Assembly: GCF_006345805.1 (NCBI RefSeq)
Contig: NC_043001.1
Location: 97,340,001-97,404,000 of the forward strand
Source: Octopus sinensis
Lineage: Eukaryota
Direction: 5' to 3'
Length of the DNA: 64,000 nt
Below are positions 25,105 through 38,680 of the stretch, one piece after another; the first letter of the stretch is position 1, and every line of letters begins with the position of its first letter. The notes under the pieces are model-generated. The model saw only the letters and a program-made list of their open reading frames with translations, did not search any database and was not told where the DNA came from. Made by a program: the position numbers and the translations under genes.

Positions 25105-25438
25105 AATCCCGCTTGTGTTTCACGTGCATATTATATCACTTGAGGCTGAAGACGAAATTACGTGGTTGCTGAGTGAGCTGAGTGAGTACCTTAACGATGT
25201 AGACAAGCCAGCTTATGGTGAAGCAAGAGCTAAGGGATATCCTTAATTCTTTCTCTCCGATGACGACATAAATGGCTTGCATGCAAATCGTTGTTCAATA
25301 GCATATGCTCCACATGCTAAGCTATTCTAGAAACAGCTGTAAGATAATTTACGCATTATTTTCTAATAACTTATCTCGTATAACTACATTTAATTATAAC
25401 AAGAAACACACTCACATGTTTTGTCTGCTCATTCTCTC

Positions 25439-25469
<31 letters not shown>

Positions 25470-25482
<13 letters not shown>

Positions 25483-25680
25483 GTGTGTATTTTTACCTTG
25501 TTAACAATTAACACGGAAAAAATAAATAAATAGTTACCAAGGCAGCAAAAATATCACAAGTAAAGGTGTTGTAACTCCTTGTTTATAAAGGTAGAAACTT
25601 CTGAAAAATAGCTCAACCAAGAACTACTTAGAGCCTTGGTTGATAGGCCGTTACAAATCACCCTTGTTTAAGTTGCAGTT
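25470..25680 (+). repeat. Unclassified interspersed repeat, second copy at about 44660-44780
   Basis: Shared ccttgtt(a/t)acaattaa.acggaaa...agttacca.ggcagcaaaaat motif next to TA tracts. Confidence 0.6.
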
Positions 25681-25789
25681 CAAGTCGTTTCAGTGATAAA
25701 CCAAGCCAAATACGTAAGGTATATAATAGAACAATACGTCATTATACTGGTGTTCAAAAATATTAGTCGCTCTCGCTTTACTTTGTAAG

Positions 25790-25826
<37 letters not shown>

Positions 25827-26599
25827 GTTATGTATATGTATACATGTGTGAATATCCGTACACACAGATATATAAGCCTTCGGGTATATATTTCTCTTAT
25901 ATGCCGTTTCTTTTATCATGTCTTCATAAATAATATTTCTTTCTACCAATTTAATGTTAAGAGAAGCTTGTAGCTTCAAATATAAAAGATCTTACAATCT
26001 CTAAATTTCTTACTGAAGAGCAAAATAATTCTGTTCTTTGGTCTCCGTGTTGTTTTTCTTGATTTTAGTTTTGAACGCAATCATGCCCACACACATACAC
26101 CCACATATCCACGCACACACACATACACCCCCTAACATGCCCACACACACCCATACACACATATGCATACACACATTTGCATACACACATTTGTGGAAAA
26201 CCAGTTCCCCAAACTCAAAAGCGATACCTCAGTGGACCCTATATCTTCTCATTTCTTCCACACAAAAAATGATATATATACGCACAGCATACGAAACAAA
26301 ACTAGGAATGGGTATGTTTTGCAAAGACCTGAAGAATTAGTAGTATTGACATGATGGACTCTTGACCGCTGTATTACATCCTCCTTTAAATGTTATGCAT
26401 TTGCAATCCAAGAACAGGAGATTACTACACAATACTTAGTATAAAAATGAGACTGCGGGGCGCTTAATGAAACCTCTACAATATGGATGATATCTGTTAC
26501 TGAGCTAAACATTACACATGTTATTAGCCCCTGCCAGAATTATTATTAAGGTACTACCTCCCAATGCGAAACGAATTTTTCGCTAAAACAATATACAAT

Positions 26600-26971
26600 G
26601 AGCAGTTGTATACTGTCAACTTAACTTGACAGTCTCATAGATGGAAGTACACCACCAAAATTAGAAATATTAAATTCCTAAATATCTCAGCTAGCAGGCC
26701 ATGCAACTCCAGACTGATGACGAGCAAGATTCAGAAACACGTCTCTGGATGCGGGCCTAGCTGTTGCGGGTGCTTGTCTCCCTTTTGTAAACCTAAGGAC
26801 ACAGGAAATGTGGCAAGGCCGACAGGAAGCGTTGATGCTTCCTAGGGCTGAATAACGGTGGTGTAATTCCCTCTATAGGACTGTCAAGTTAAGTTGACAG
26901 TATACAACTGCTCTATCGTTCCACCACCGCTCATATCTCTGTGAGATATTTGGAAATTTAATATTTCTAAT
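26600..26971 (+). mobile_element. Rearranged element with two nested inverted repeats and an HHR-like motif (26708-26749)
   Basis: 26600-26656 inverts to 26857-26913, and 26660-26689 inverts to 26942-26971. Motif: TCCAGA-CTGATGA-...-GAAAC-AC-GTC-TCTGGA. Confidence 0.65.
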
Positions 26972-27425
26972 ATAAAACGACATTCACTAAAATGACAGTC
27001 CTGGATTAAAACAGATAACTATCCTCTTGACTGAAGACAAACGTTAATGCGAAAAATATTGATAGACCATTTTCATCAAACCTTCTGTCATGTGGAGACA
27101 TAAGAGAACGTATAATATTTATCTGGGGTTGGCGCGAGAAAGTATGTGACATCATAGAGGTCTGTGTTTATGAAGAGTGAATGTTTTGTTCATTCAATTA
27201 CTATCATGTAGATCACGATGAACCTGACCTGGAAGACACATTGAGTTTCTGAGTTGGTATTTAGAAATTCTTGATTACATTACGAAAAGTTGTGCGGATG
27301 AATTCACAAACAGTAATCATTACTCGATATTGCAAAAGGATTCACGACAATAATATAGTGCTTCAGAAAACGACGATCGTACCTTCTTGAGTTCTTAATG
27401 TATTTTGACAGGGGATCTTGAACGG

Positions 27426-27465
<40 letters not shown>

Positions 27466-27469
<4 letters not shown>

Positions 27470-28006
27470 GTAAATATAATATGTGACAATTATTCGGTAG
27501 CCAAGATAAAACTCTGAGTTTCGGATGCCGAGGTAGAAATTCACACCACCATCTCTTCAGTTATCCGGCCATCGGAAAAACGCTATGAAAAAAGACCGTT
27601 ATACAAAGGGAAATTACTGTGTTATAGATCACTATTTATAGAAAAGCGCTATTCGAATGACCACTAATTAAGATACGGTAAAAAAGTTCATAGAATACGC
27701 GTAAGCACACTCATCAGCTCGCACACCCACGTGCGTACATGTACATCACTAGAAAAACGTACACATCTTCATTCGAATGGCGCTTTTCTATAAATAGCGG
27801 TCTATAACACAGTAATTTCCCTTTGTATAACGGTCTTTTTTCATAGCGTTTATCCGATGGCCGAATAACTGAAGAGATGGTGGTGTGATAAAACTCAGAG
27901 TTTTATCTTGGCTACCGAATAAGTTTCACATATTATATTTACAGATAAATTCTTCTATTTACATAATATTGAGGTCTCTTTCTTTCTTTTATCTTACCGT
28001 TTTTAC

Positions 28007-28010
<4 letters not shown>
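27466..28010 (+). mobile_element. Fold-back mini element, family 4 (arms 27466-27660 and 27769-27946, about 108-nt spacer, 3' extension)
   Basis: Long inverted arms between (TA)n tracts. HHR-like motif on the minus strand at 27505-27565; the plus-strand copy has an internal deletion. Confidence 0.85.
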
Positions 28011-28044
<34 letters not shown>

Positions 28045-28163
28045 GTATGTATTTATTTATATATACGTATATATATATACATATATTTATGTATATGCAT
28101 GTATATTTATATATATGTATATATATATACATATATTTATGTATATGCATGTATATTTATATA

Positions 28164-28204
<41 letters not shown>

Positions 28205-28211
28205 GTATGTA

Positions 28212-28257
<46 letters not shown>

Positions 28258-28288
28258 CATACACACACGCATATATATATGTACATAT

Positions 28289-28358
<70 letters not shown>

Positions 28359-30358
28359 TATGGATTATGAATTGCTAGGACGTCATTCTTACTGATAAAG
28401 TCTACAGATATCTTGTGATAATATTTCGCTAGAGATGTATTCAATAATCTTTATACAAGGCTTTTGTTTCATTTTCATCGTTGAGAGAAAATTTTTCACT
28501 GAACTAAAACATTTCAGAGACACATAGAACTGCACACAGATTAAAAATTAAGATTTACAAAGGCCGATACTTAGTGTTGTTCCATTATATATCACCGTTG
28601 TAATTCAACAATTTTTTTTATCGGAAAAGACTGTTGAAGTATGGTTTGTGAAGATGCCTCATAAGTATGTTTGTCAGTGGATCTATGATGTTCAGGTAGC
28701 TACTGGAAACACAGTATCCACAAATTCTCTAAGTTTTTGGTTTTTTCTCGCACGCACAAGCCCACGACTGCATAACATTCACAAGTCTTAAAAAGGTCAT
28801 ACATGCGCTTAAACTGTCACATACCGGTCCACACTCTTATACACAAACATTAATCATCGTCACATTTATATTTGTGCATATCTGTGTGAATTTGTATGTA
28901 TTTACGTATGTATGCAAGCCTCCGGGAGAGCAATACCAGTATTCAAAGCAATGCAATTCTTTTATGGAGAATTGAAGCAAAGTTAGATGAAAGCCTCAAA
29001 ATCAGATCCGCTGTGGGAAGAACCTTCTTCAGTTGAACTTGAATAAATGTTTTATTTCAAGTAGGAACAAGAATGAAAAAGCTGCTCTCAGTGAAAATTG
29101 GAAAACAAAAACAATATTTTGATAATGTAGCATTATTTGAGATAGAAAGTATGTAGCATGCGTCTTACAAAACAGCAATTCGGAAGAAGGATTAGGCAAC
29201 AGCATGAAAAGATGCGGATAAAGCAGTGAGGGCGAAATATGTGGAAGGATCTGTCTTTCTCTTGCGGTTTCAAGAGCTGCATGAGAGGGAATGGTGATGG
29301 GAAGTAAGTACTCTATCTCCGGCAATTTGGTTCGAAGTGTAATTTATTTGACAAAGGGATGAAGTCCAAAAATGGCATGAAGTGCCATTTACGAAGTCAT
29401 GCACAGAACAGAAGTGGCTCAAGAAAAATCGAGGACGTGATGACAACTAAAATGCTTCCGGTAGCATCTGTGTTTCAAAAAGTATACGTTCGACTCGAAC
29501 CTCTGTTTATATCCCTCATACATCTGTATTCATTTGTTTATGCAGCTGCGCAGAATTGTTAAGATGTTTGCTGCACAATAATTTCCACTCGGGTTTTATC
29601 TGGAACCGTGGTGTCTGCAGCTAGCTTTTAAAACCAGGTCATGGGGCGAAAACTCGTCGACGTAAACTGCATAGAAGCATTTCAAATGTTCTCACTGACT
29701 CAATGTGAAACGCACCCAGGACTCATCGTCAAATTTGGCGGCAAACTATTTTCTGTTAAACCAATGCCTCTAGAGAAGAAAATATCTAAATGACAAGTTA
29801 ATCTACGTAGTAACTGTCTCAAGATATGACTTAAATATGTTCTTCAACCATATTTATGGATAATTCTAGCAGAATCTATATCATAAAGAAAAGAATATTT
29901 GGAGTGAGATATCGTGCAAATTAATTTTTTTCTGCATCTTGATGGTAGGGCTTATTCTTAGATCGATGTATAGATAAAACAGCAGCATTTCTTCAACAAA
30001 TATATACGCCTTTTACAAGGAAATATAAACAACATAGATACATTGAGGTATCTTTTATTTGAATATACATATTCTTATATTTTCCTGTATACAAGGAATA
30101 GCCAAGGAAAACGAGAGTTGATGTTTTTGCTGGAAGTTGTCAGTCGTATGTACATTTCTATGGGTTTTATGGACACAGCACTGCAGGATGTAGTGAACGT
30201 TCTTAATATATTAACGTTCTAAAAGTAGCAATACAATCATTGTCAGATACGTTCAGTGACAGAAATACTGCACGACTCTCTGTATATACATAATACCTAC
30301 CTACCTACCTACATACATACATACATATATATCAGACAAGGAGAGAGAGAGAGAGAGA

Positions 30359-30430
<72 letters not shown>

Positions 30431-30540
30431 CAGAAAGATAGATTGAAAGACAAAGGGTGTACGGTCAAATTTTTCATGAAAGGAAATGAAACCACAATAT
30501 CCCATATAAGAAAAAAACATTTTCAAAGAATTTAAATATA

Positions 30541-31957
30541 CGAATAGTCCGCAAGAAACTAATCATGTCCCTTGAAGAAAATGACTTGCTGTCTGACACC
30601 CAGCATGGATTTTAACCAGGTAGAAGCTGCCTAACACAGCTCCTGCAACACTATGACTGGGTGTTAAAACAGCTACTAAATGACTCAAATATGGATGTAA
30701 TGTATCTCGACTTTGGAAAAGCCTTTGATAAAGTCGACCACGGTATGATCTGTCACAAACTGCGTGGTCTCGGCATAGGCGGAAAACTTGGAGAGTGACT
30801 GCACAACTTCCTAAAAGACAGAAGACAGGCAGTTGTGAGCAATGGAGCCACCTCCAAGGAAACACAAATAACAAGCGGTGCTCCACAGGGCACTGTCTTG
30901 GGGCCACTGCTGTTCATAGCGGCTCTTTCAGACTTGCCTTCAGTTGCTATGATGGCCACCCTTGCTAGCTATGCAGATGACACAAAAGTCTCCCAAACAA
31001 TACAAAACCCTGAAAATATTGCGCATCTGCAACAGTAGTTGGACACGATATACAGGTGGGCTGAGGACAACAACATGCAGTTTAATGCAGGTAAGTTCCA
31101 GGCCCTGCGCTACCGGCACACAACGACATGCAGACTGGATACACTGGCCCAGGAAGAATTGCAATCCCTGAGTCAAAATCAGTGCGTGACCTGAGCATTG
31201 ACATGAGCAATGATGCATCTTTCCAAGTGCATATTACTAATCTGTTGATAAAATGCAGACGGCTAGCTGGATGGATTCTCCGAACTTTCAGAACAAGAGA
31301 GAAGGAGACACTGATGGTTCTCTGGAAAACATTCGTCCTCAGCCGCTTGGACTACTGCTCCCAACTATGGTCACCACACAATATAAAACTAACAGCAGAA
31401 CTCGAAGCATTTCAAAGAAGCTACACAAAGAAGATCGTCTCAATGCAAAATATCAGCTACTGGGAAAGACTGAAAGTATTACACCTCTTCTCCCTAGAGC
31501 GGAGGCGGGAGAGATGTGCGGTGATATACATCTGGAAAATCCTGGAGGGCCTTGTCCCAAACTTTGGCATTCAAAGTTACCCCAACCGCAGAACGGGGGG
31601 CCACTGCATGGTGCCAAAGATTCCAACATCACCATCAAAATACAGGTCCAGATACTGCAACAGCTTGGGTTTCAGAGGACTACAGCTCTTTAACATCCTC
31701 CCTAAAGGCCTGAGAGACTTACATGGTGTGGATGTGGATTTCTTTAAAACTAACATGGATCTTTTCTTGTCGGGAGTCCCAGATGAACCTACCTCACGAC
31801 AGGAGACGCAGATGCGGGCAGCAGCATCGAACTCCCTTGTTGATCAAGTACCACGTATCAGAGGTGCATTCACATATTAGTGTAGCTCTTTTAGCGGTGG
31901 TGCCCCAGCATGGCCGGGGCCTTCGGGCTAAAACATTTTCAAGGATTTAAGGATTTA
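30541..31957 (+). mobile_element. CR1-group LINE, 5'-truncated, disrupted RT with intact-looking 3' end
   Basis: QHGF*PGRSCLTQLL, YLDFGKAFDKVDH, SGAPQGTVLGPLLF, YADDTK, LDYCSQLWSP, LERRRER, VPDEP. Terminal tandem aaggattt repeats. Confidence 0.9.
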
Positions 31958-32591
31958 TACGAAATAGAGTAGGGATCGGAGATCACGGTTAACTCAAAGT
32001 AACAGCGAATAGGTTCCAGCCCGGCTTCAAAACAGCTCTGCAATCTGGAGCATATGTTTCTCGTTGTGTCCCGAGGAAGATCTGAGATCATTCCTTGCAC
32101 TTAGCCTCCTGCTCAGCCATGGAAATACAGGCGGAGCAGTTGCTGGCTTTCTCATTCACACCCTGTGCTTATTAATCTATGTGATCTTATTAATCTGTGT
32201 GATTTTATTAACCTATGTGAAGTTACAAATATTTCTGTAACATGTCCATTTGCAGCACCAGTTTACGCGACTACTATAAAATACAAATTACGTAACATAT
32301 GCGGTTTTAGGCATTGGAGTAGCACTTCCTCACACTTGCTTCAAAAGCGCGCTATTACATTATGCGTATCACCCTTGTTGTTAGGAAAGTTTCAGGAGAA
32401 CAAAAAAAAATTAAATGTGTAAATACAGGATGAGTCTGTGGGGAAATTATTATGTGCGGCAGGGGTTCAATCAAGAGGATGGATAAAAACAATGATAGAA
32501 GGAACAAAAGGAAACGAATATGAGGAGGCAAAAGAGAAGTAGGAAAGGAAGATAAGAATGAGGAGGAGAATCAGAAGAAAAAGAAGATACA

Positions 32592-32723
32592 AACCATATG
32601 GTTCCGGGTTCAGTCTCGCTACGTGGCACCTTGGGGAAGTGTCTTCTACTATAGCCACTGGCCGACCAAAGCCTTGTGGGTGGATTTGGTAGATGGAAAC
32701 GGAAAAGGAGCCCGTCGTATATG

Positions 32724-32725
<2 letters not shown>
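32592..32725 (+). mobile_element. SINE family B, partial copy
   Basis: atatggttccgggttcagtc...ctactatagcc...gtggatttggtagatggaaac, homologous to 38.2, 42.1 and 59.1 kb. Confidence 0.75.
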
Positions 32726-32768
<43 letters not shown>

Positions 32769-32840
32769 GCTGTACTGATTGACAAACCACAATCCTGGAT
32801 AAATCATTTTGCTATATGCAGTACAGCCCACTATATCTAC

Positions 32841-33200
32841 TTATTCCTCTTCTTCTTCATCTTCTTCTTCTTCCTCTTCTTTTTCTTCTTCTTCTTCTTC
32901 TTCTTTCTTTCTTTTCTACTTCTTCGTCTTTCTTTTCTTCTTCCACTTCTTCTTTCTCTTCTTCTTTCTCTTCCACTTCTTCATGTTGTATTTCTTTTTC
33001 GTTTTTCTTCTTACATTTCCTCCTTCTCCCCCTCCCCCTTCTCCTCTTCTTCTTCTTCATCTCCTTCCTCTTCTCCTCCTTCTTCCCCCTTTTCTTTTCC
33101 CCCTTCTTCTTTCCCTTCTCCCTTCTCGTCCCCTTCTTTCATTTCTTCTTCTTCTTCTTCTTCTTCTTTTTCTCCTCCTCCTCCTCCTTCTATTTCTCTT
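32841..33200. repeat. Pyrimidine-rich (TCT/TCC) low-complexity tract
   Basis: About 360 bp of almost only C and T on the plus strand. Confidence 0.9.
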
Positions 33201-33600
33201 TCGCCTTCCATTCGTTTTCTACCACCCTTTTGTCCCCACTATCATTATACTATCCACTCTCTTGATTCTCCACCGCTCGCTACATAATATCTTCCCAACA
33301 GACTCATCCCGCATACTCACATTTATTTTTTTATTTCTTCCTTATACCTTCCTAGCAACAATGTGTGATAGACAAACAATACAATAACGTGCCTTTGGGG
33401 AAGTCTGAGGAAGTACCTCTCCAATGCCTAACACCGCAAATATGACGTAATTTTTCGTTTATAATATCCACATAAACGGGTGAAGCAAATGGAGATGTTA
33501 CGGAAATATCTGTAACTAATAATTAAAGATAACTAAAGATATGTTAAGAAATTTTGTTTGTCCCCTTCTTTTCATTGCTACACACACACGTACACATATA

Positions 33601-33799
33601 TATTTCTTTGTTGTCCACAAGAGGCTAAACATAGAGGGGACAAGCAAGGACAGACGAACGGATTAAGTCGATTACATCGACCCCAGTGCGTATCTGGTAC
33701 TTAATTTATCGACCCCGAAAGGATGAAAGGCAAAGTCGACCTCGGCGGAATTTGAACTCAGAACGTAACGGCTGACGTACGAGCGTTTCTGCCAGCTTG

Positions 33800-33802
<3 letters not shown>
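33601..33802 (-). mobile_element. SINE family A
   Basis: Reverse complement of the family A body and tail. Confidence 0.85.
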
Positions 33803-33861
<59 letters not shown>

Positions 33862-34758
33862 AGAGGGAGGGGAGAGAGATTAATGAGTAATCGTCAAACA
33901 CTGCTGGAATATTTTATCATCATAATAGCGAAAACAGAAATCCGAAAGAACAAAAGATTACTAAATTATTTAATAGTATTGCATTTTAAACATCAAACTG
34001 TACGCTAACAGTCTTTGAGACGAAATAAAATCAAATTTATTCCAAAGAAACATATATCAAGTAATTTCGACAATTAGACTTCTGCGTCTAAACAACGCAA
34101 TACCAAACAACGACTTCAAAATTAATGTATTTAGCGGTATTGATTTCTATGGAATCGTTTATAAGAGTGTAGGCTTCCTTCTCTGCTCTATGTAGATACA
34201 ATGGAAATGTTCATATACACATCAATATACAAGCTTTATGATGTTTGAATAATTGTAAGTTCACAATATGATGTGTAAATATTCACTAAGCGACAAGAGT
34301 TCTTGTTGTTGCAGTTGTTTCTTTCTTTTTTTCAAGGACTGCTTCTTATGTTATATTAGAAAGAACCTTAGGCTCTACATGAAATATGACTGAAACAGAT
34401 GTTCCTTTTCGACCATCACTTGATCGCGAGTATTTTCAAAAGAAATTTGCCGATGTTTCCGTTGCGTGACAGCAGTATATACAAACAATTTTGATTTTAC
34501 TTAATCAAATGGCTTCTGTTTACTTTCAGCCAAGAATCATGCAACGGAATGTTGTCAACGTTGGCTACAATAAATATTATATATTATATGTCTTGACATT
34601 ATATCAACATCAACTATTCAGTGATCGGAACTGTACTGAAGCTTATTCAATAGATTTGGTATGACTCTAATATCAACGGGAAATTTTTCTAAAAGGGTTT
34701 GATCGGCTCAGCAAAATTCTTTAGTAATATATAATACCAACATTTGGCAGAAACATTT

Positions 34759-34992
34759 GGCGGCGAGCTGGTAGAGACGTTAGCACGTCGGACGAAATAC
34801 TTAGCAGTGTTTCGTCTGCCGTTACGTTCTGAGTTCAAATTCCGCCGAGGTCGACTTTACGCTTCATCCTTTCGGGGTCGTTAAATTAAGCCCCAGTTAC
34901 GCACTGGGGTCGATGTAATCGACTTAATCCGTTTGCCTGTCCTTGTTTGTCCCCTCTATGTTTAGCCCCTTGTGGGCAATAAAGAAACAAGA
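34759..34992 (+). mobile_element. SINE family A, full-length monomer
   Basis: ggcggcgagctgg (A-box-like) ... gagttcaaattcc (B-box) ... ggggtcgatgtaatcgact ... gggcaataaagaaa. Confidence 0.9.
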
Positions 34993-37480
34993 AAGGTACA
35001 ATAGTTGTTGAGATGTTTCTTGTATATCAAGGTAGTGTGAGCCCATTGGTATTGAGAGCCACATTGCATTTGTTTAAAAGCCTGCGAATAGAATTTAGTG
35101 ATTTTGCACTTTTCCCTGTTGTTGCATCCCTCACATCCTAGATATGCTTAGGTATTTCAAAAATAACTTAAAATTCGTTTCATAATAATTCATTATAAAC
35201 TTCAGGGGGTGGTACTAATGGTATTCGGTATAATCGTATCAACACTATGTGGATGATAATAATAGATGTTTCGGTGTGTTTGTGGTTTAACCTAGGTTAA
35301 GCAATTCTATAGGCAACGTCGTTATGGACATGACCCAAGTGTATTTAAAGTCATTTCAGGTAAATTTTTCAATCGGTTGTAGGTTATAATCTGTGGAAGA
35401 TATCACTTATAATACTTGAATTTCAAATAGCTGTATGCATTCGAATTTGTTGTGCTGGCTCCTCGGTGTATGTACACTGTATCACAATGGCTTCTATATA
35501 ATGTAAATATAACGATATGGAACTTGTCGCTAATATGACTGTAGGAGTTAAAAATGCTAAACGTATCGATTATTTTCATCTTTTCTCAGTTAAAATCAAC
35601 CCTAGAGTCAGAGGTTCTTTGAAATTATACCTGAACACCAGTGAAAGTCGGAAACACATACTGTTTTAATTATTTCTAGTAGAAAAAGGGTTTATTTACT
35701 TGAATGTATTAGGGGAGCCAAAAGCAATATATGTCTGCAAGAACTGTAATTTTAACATGGAAAATGATCGTGGTTCTGAAGTGAAGTCAAGAAAGCTGAC
35801 GTTCTAGGAGAGAATCACTGGACGAAATTAATTACCGGTTTCCCTGATAGCTATTGTGTTTTGTAGTCCAAGGAGACTCTGTCCTCTCTGTCCATCAATA
35901 TGCTTTTATCTCTCAAGATTATATAACATATGATGTTATTGTGGTATATTTCAATAAACCCGTGTCATTCGACAGACAACTACTTATTTGCCCTCCAGGT
36001 AATTCTATAAAAACAGAGCATATAAAAATAGTTTTAGTGAAGACTTTCAGGAGACATTTCATTAATTGTTTTATAACCTTCAGCTTTCAAATATAAAAGA
36101 ATTGAAGTTGTTGATACTGTAAAGAAATCATCTTGTTTCGTTTTCTTTTTTTAACTAGGTGAAGGAAATTCTGTTCATTATAATAATGAATTATGCAACA
36201 ATTAAAGATAAAGGAAATATCAACTATAAAAATCGGAAAGCAAATATACAGAAAATACAACATACAGAACTAATAAAAATGTACAACGACAACATCAGGA
36301 AAAATTCCGAAATTTCCAGACAAAGAAAGAAATCAGATTTAGTGAACGGCAAAAACGTGAAGGAAAAGTTGGAATGAATAGAAAGATAAATGGAGAAGTC
36401 AACACAAGTCATTAATTTATTTCTACAAAAATGTCGTATAATAGTTTAGAAAGTTCTGAAGTTCTTCACACTTTCCTTATAACATCGTCTTTATTTTATG
36501 TTGAATTTTTTCATACTTCTTTTTTTGCTTTTGTTTCACTTTCGTTTCTCACCGTATTACTGTCATACACACCCCTATATCGATTGAGAATTTTATTTAC
36601 TCTATCTTCATTCTAAATGTGGTTTCTCTCTTAAGTTCGTCTAGCAGTAGAGTTTAAAGTTTTACTGCTTTCCTTCAGATATCTGCAGCAGTCGGAATTG
36701 TATTTGATTTACCGAATGCTTCTAATATAAATAACCGTCATATTCGGAGGTCAATTGAATCGACAATGCACAACGACACAATATGTTACTATGTTTGTCT
36801 CTTCAAAGTAAAATCAATATCATGTTCTCTAAATTTGATTTTCGAACTGTTTTGCTACATCTAGATGGTTATCTATTTATCTACTTATTCATAATCTCTC
36901 TGTCTGATTTACTGTCTGTATTCTTCCGTCTAGTCTCGCTACGCTGTTCTCATACATCTTTATTTTGCTTCCATCTCCTATAATGCATTACAAACACCTC
37001 TGAAACGTTCTTCATTGTAATCTGACTACAGGAATTCGTCACCTGTCTCTGTCTCAAAACATTGTATGATCTTCTCATCTTTCTCTTTCCCTTTCTGTCT
37101 CTTTCTTTCCTTCTCTCATCTCCTTCTCACTTTCTCTCTCTCACTTTATCTCAATCACTTTTTCACTAATTTACCACAGTCATTCATGTCCATATCTCTC
37201 ACCGTATCAACCTACTCGGATATTTCTACAAAGATAGATTCAATTTAACAAAAGCTTGTTTATATGGTCTATTGATCTGCTAAAAATGGTTATTAATTTG
37301 TTTTCCTAATTATCGCCTTTTCATATAAGCAATAGGACACATTTGACATAATTTATATATAAAAAAAGAATACTCCGGGATGGTCAACTATGGAAGGCAT
37401 TTGAACATAAGTTTGTACCATAAGATCTGACCGTCAGAAAAACAGCCACAACAATAACTAAAATAGGAACATCAATAATG

Positions 37481-37885
37481 GTAAGCTGGCAGAAACGTTA
37501 GCACGCCGGGCGAAATGCTTAGCCGTATTTCGTCTGCCGCTACGTTCTGAGTTCAAATTCCGCCGAGGTCAACTTTGCCTTTCATCCTTTCGGGGTCGAT
37601 TAAATAAGTACCAGTTACGCACTGGGGTCGATATAATCGACTTAATCTGTTTGTCTGTCCTTGTTTGTCCCCTCTGTGTTTAGCTACTTGTGGGTAGTAA
37701 ATAAATAGGTATTTCGTCTGCCACTACGTTCTGAGTGCAAATTCCGCCGAGGTCAACTTTGCCTTTCATCCTTTCGATTAAATAAGTACCATTTACGCAC
37801 TGGGGTCGATATAATCGACTTAATACCTTTGCCTGTGATTGTTTGTCCCCTCTATGTTTAGCCCTATTTGGGCAATAAAATATAA
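37481..37885 (+). mobile_element. SINE family A dimer (full monomer plus 5'-truncated monomer)
   Basis: The second unit starts at gtatttcgtctgcc directly after the tail of the first. Confidence 0.85.
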
Positions 37886-37990
37886 TAAATGTTGTTTTTC
37901 AATTACGCACAGACGCAGGCGCACAGACACATAAACGCACGCACACGCACGCTCGTAGCTATATGTATGTGTGTAGCTATGGCATACATA

Positions 37991-38589
37991 CTGAAACTGA
38001 CGAGGACTTTGTAAAATCATAGTGTCATCATTGCTTCTGAGAAGTTCATTTTCTGAAAAGTTATTTAATAATATATTCATCAGTATACAGTCATGAATTA
38101 ACACACGCGCCTGGTAACACATACAACCCCAACGCTAAAGATCCTCAAATACTCATTCACACATTTTATCTCCCTCTCTCTATCTAAATATTCCCAAAGA
38201 GGCGCAGGCGTAGCTGTGTGGTAAGAAGCTTGCTTCTAAATCACATGGTTCTGAATTCAGGCCCACTGTATGGCATGTTGGGTGTCTCCTACTATAGCCT
38301 CGGTACTACCACATCCTTCAGAATGGATTCAGTAGACGGAACTATAAGAAGCCTGTCGTATATAGACATATATGTGCGTGTGTGCCTTTGCGACTGTGGT
38401 TACCCCACCAACGCTCAACAAACGATGGTGGGGTGTTCAAGTCCTTGTAAATTAGTGGTTCACCAAAAAGTGCCGATTGAATAAAATGTACTGGGATCGA
38501 TTTCTTCAACTAAGAGCCTTGAGGTCTGTAATCCAGCATAGCCGCAGTGAAATGATTGAAACAAGTAAAAGAATAAAAGAATATAACGA

Positions 38590-38680
<91 letters not shown>

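Noticed and set aside
28900-29450. Possible LINE N-terminal remnant
   Set aside because: No diagnostic endonuclease or RT motif could be read.
35150-35760. Possible Penelope GIY-YIG remnant on the minus strand
   Set aside because: Only a CxxxYI-like echo with no consistent motif order.
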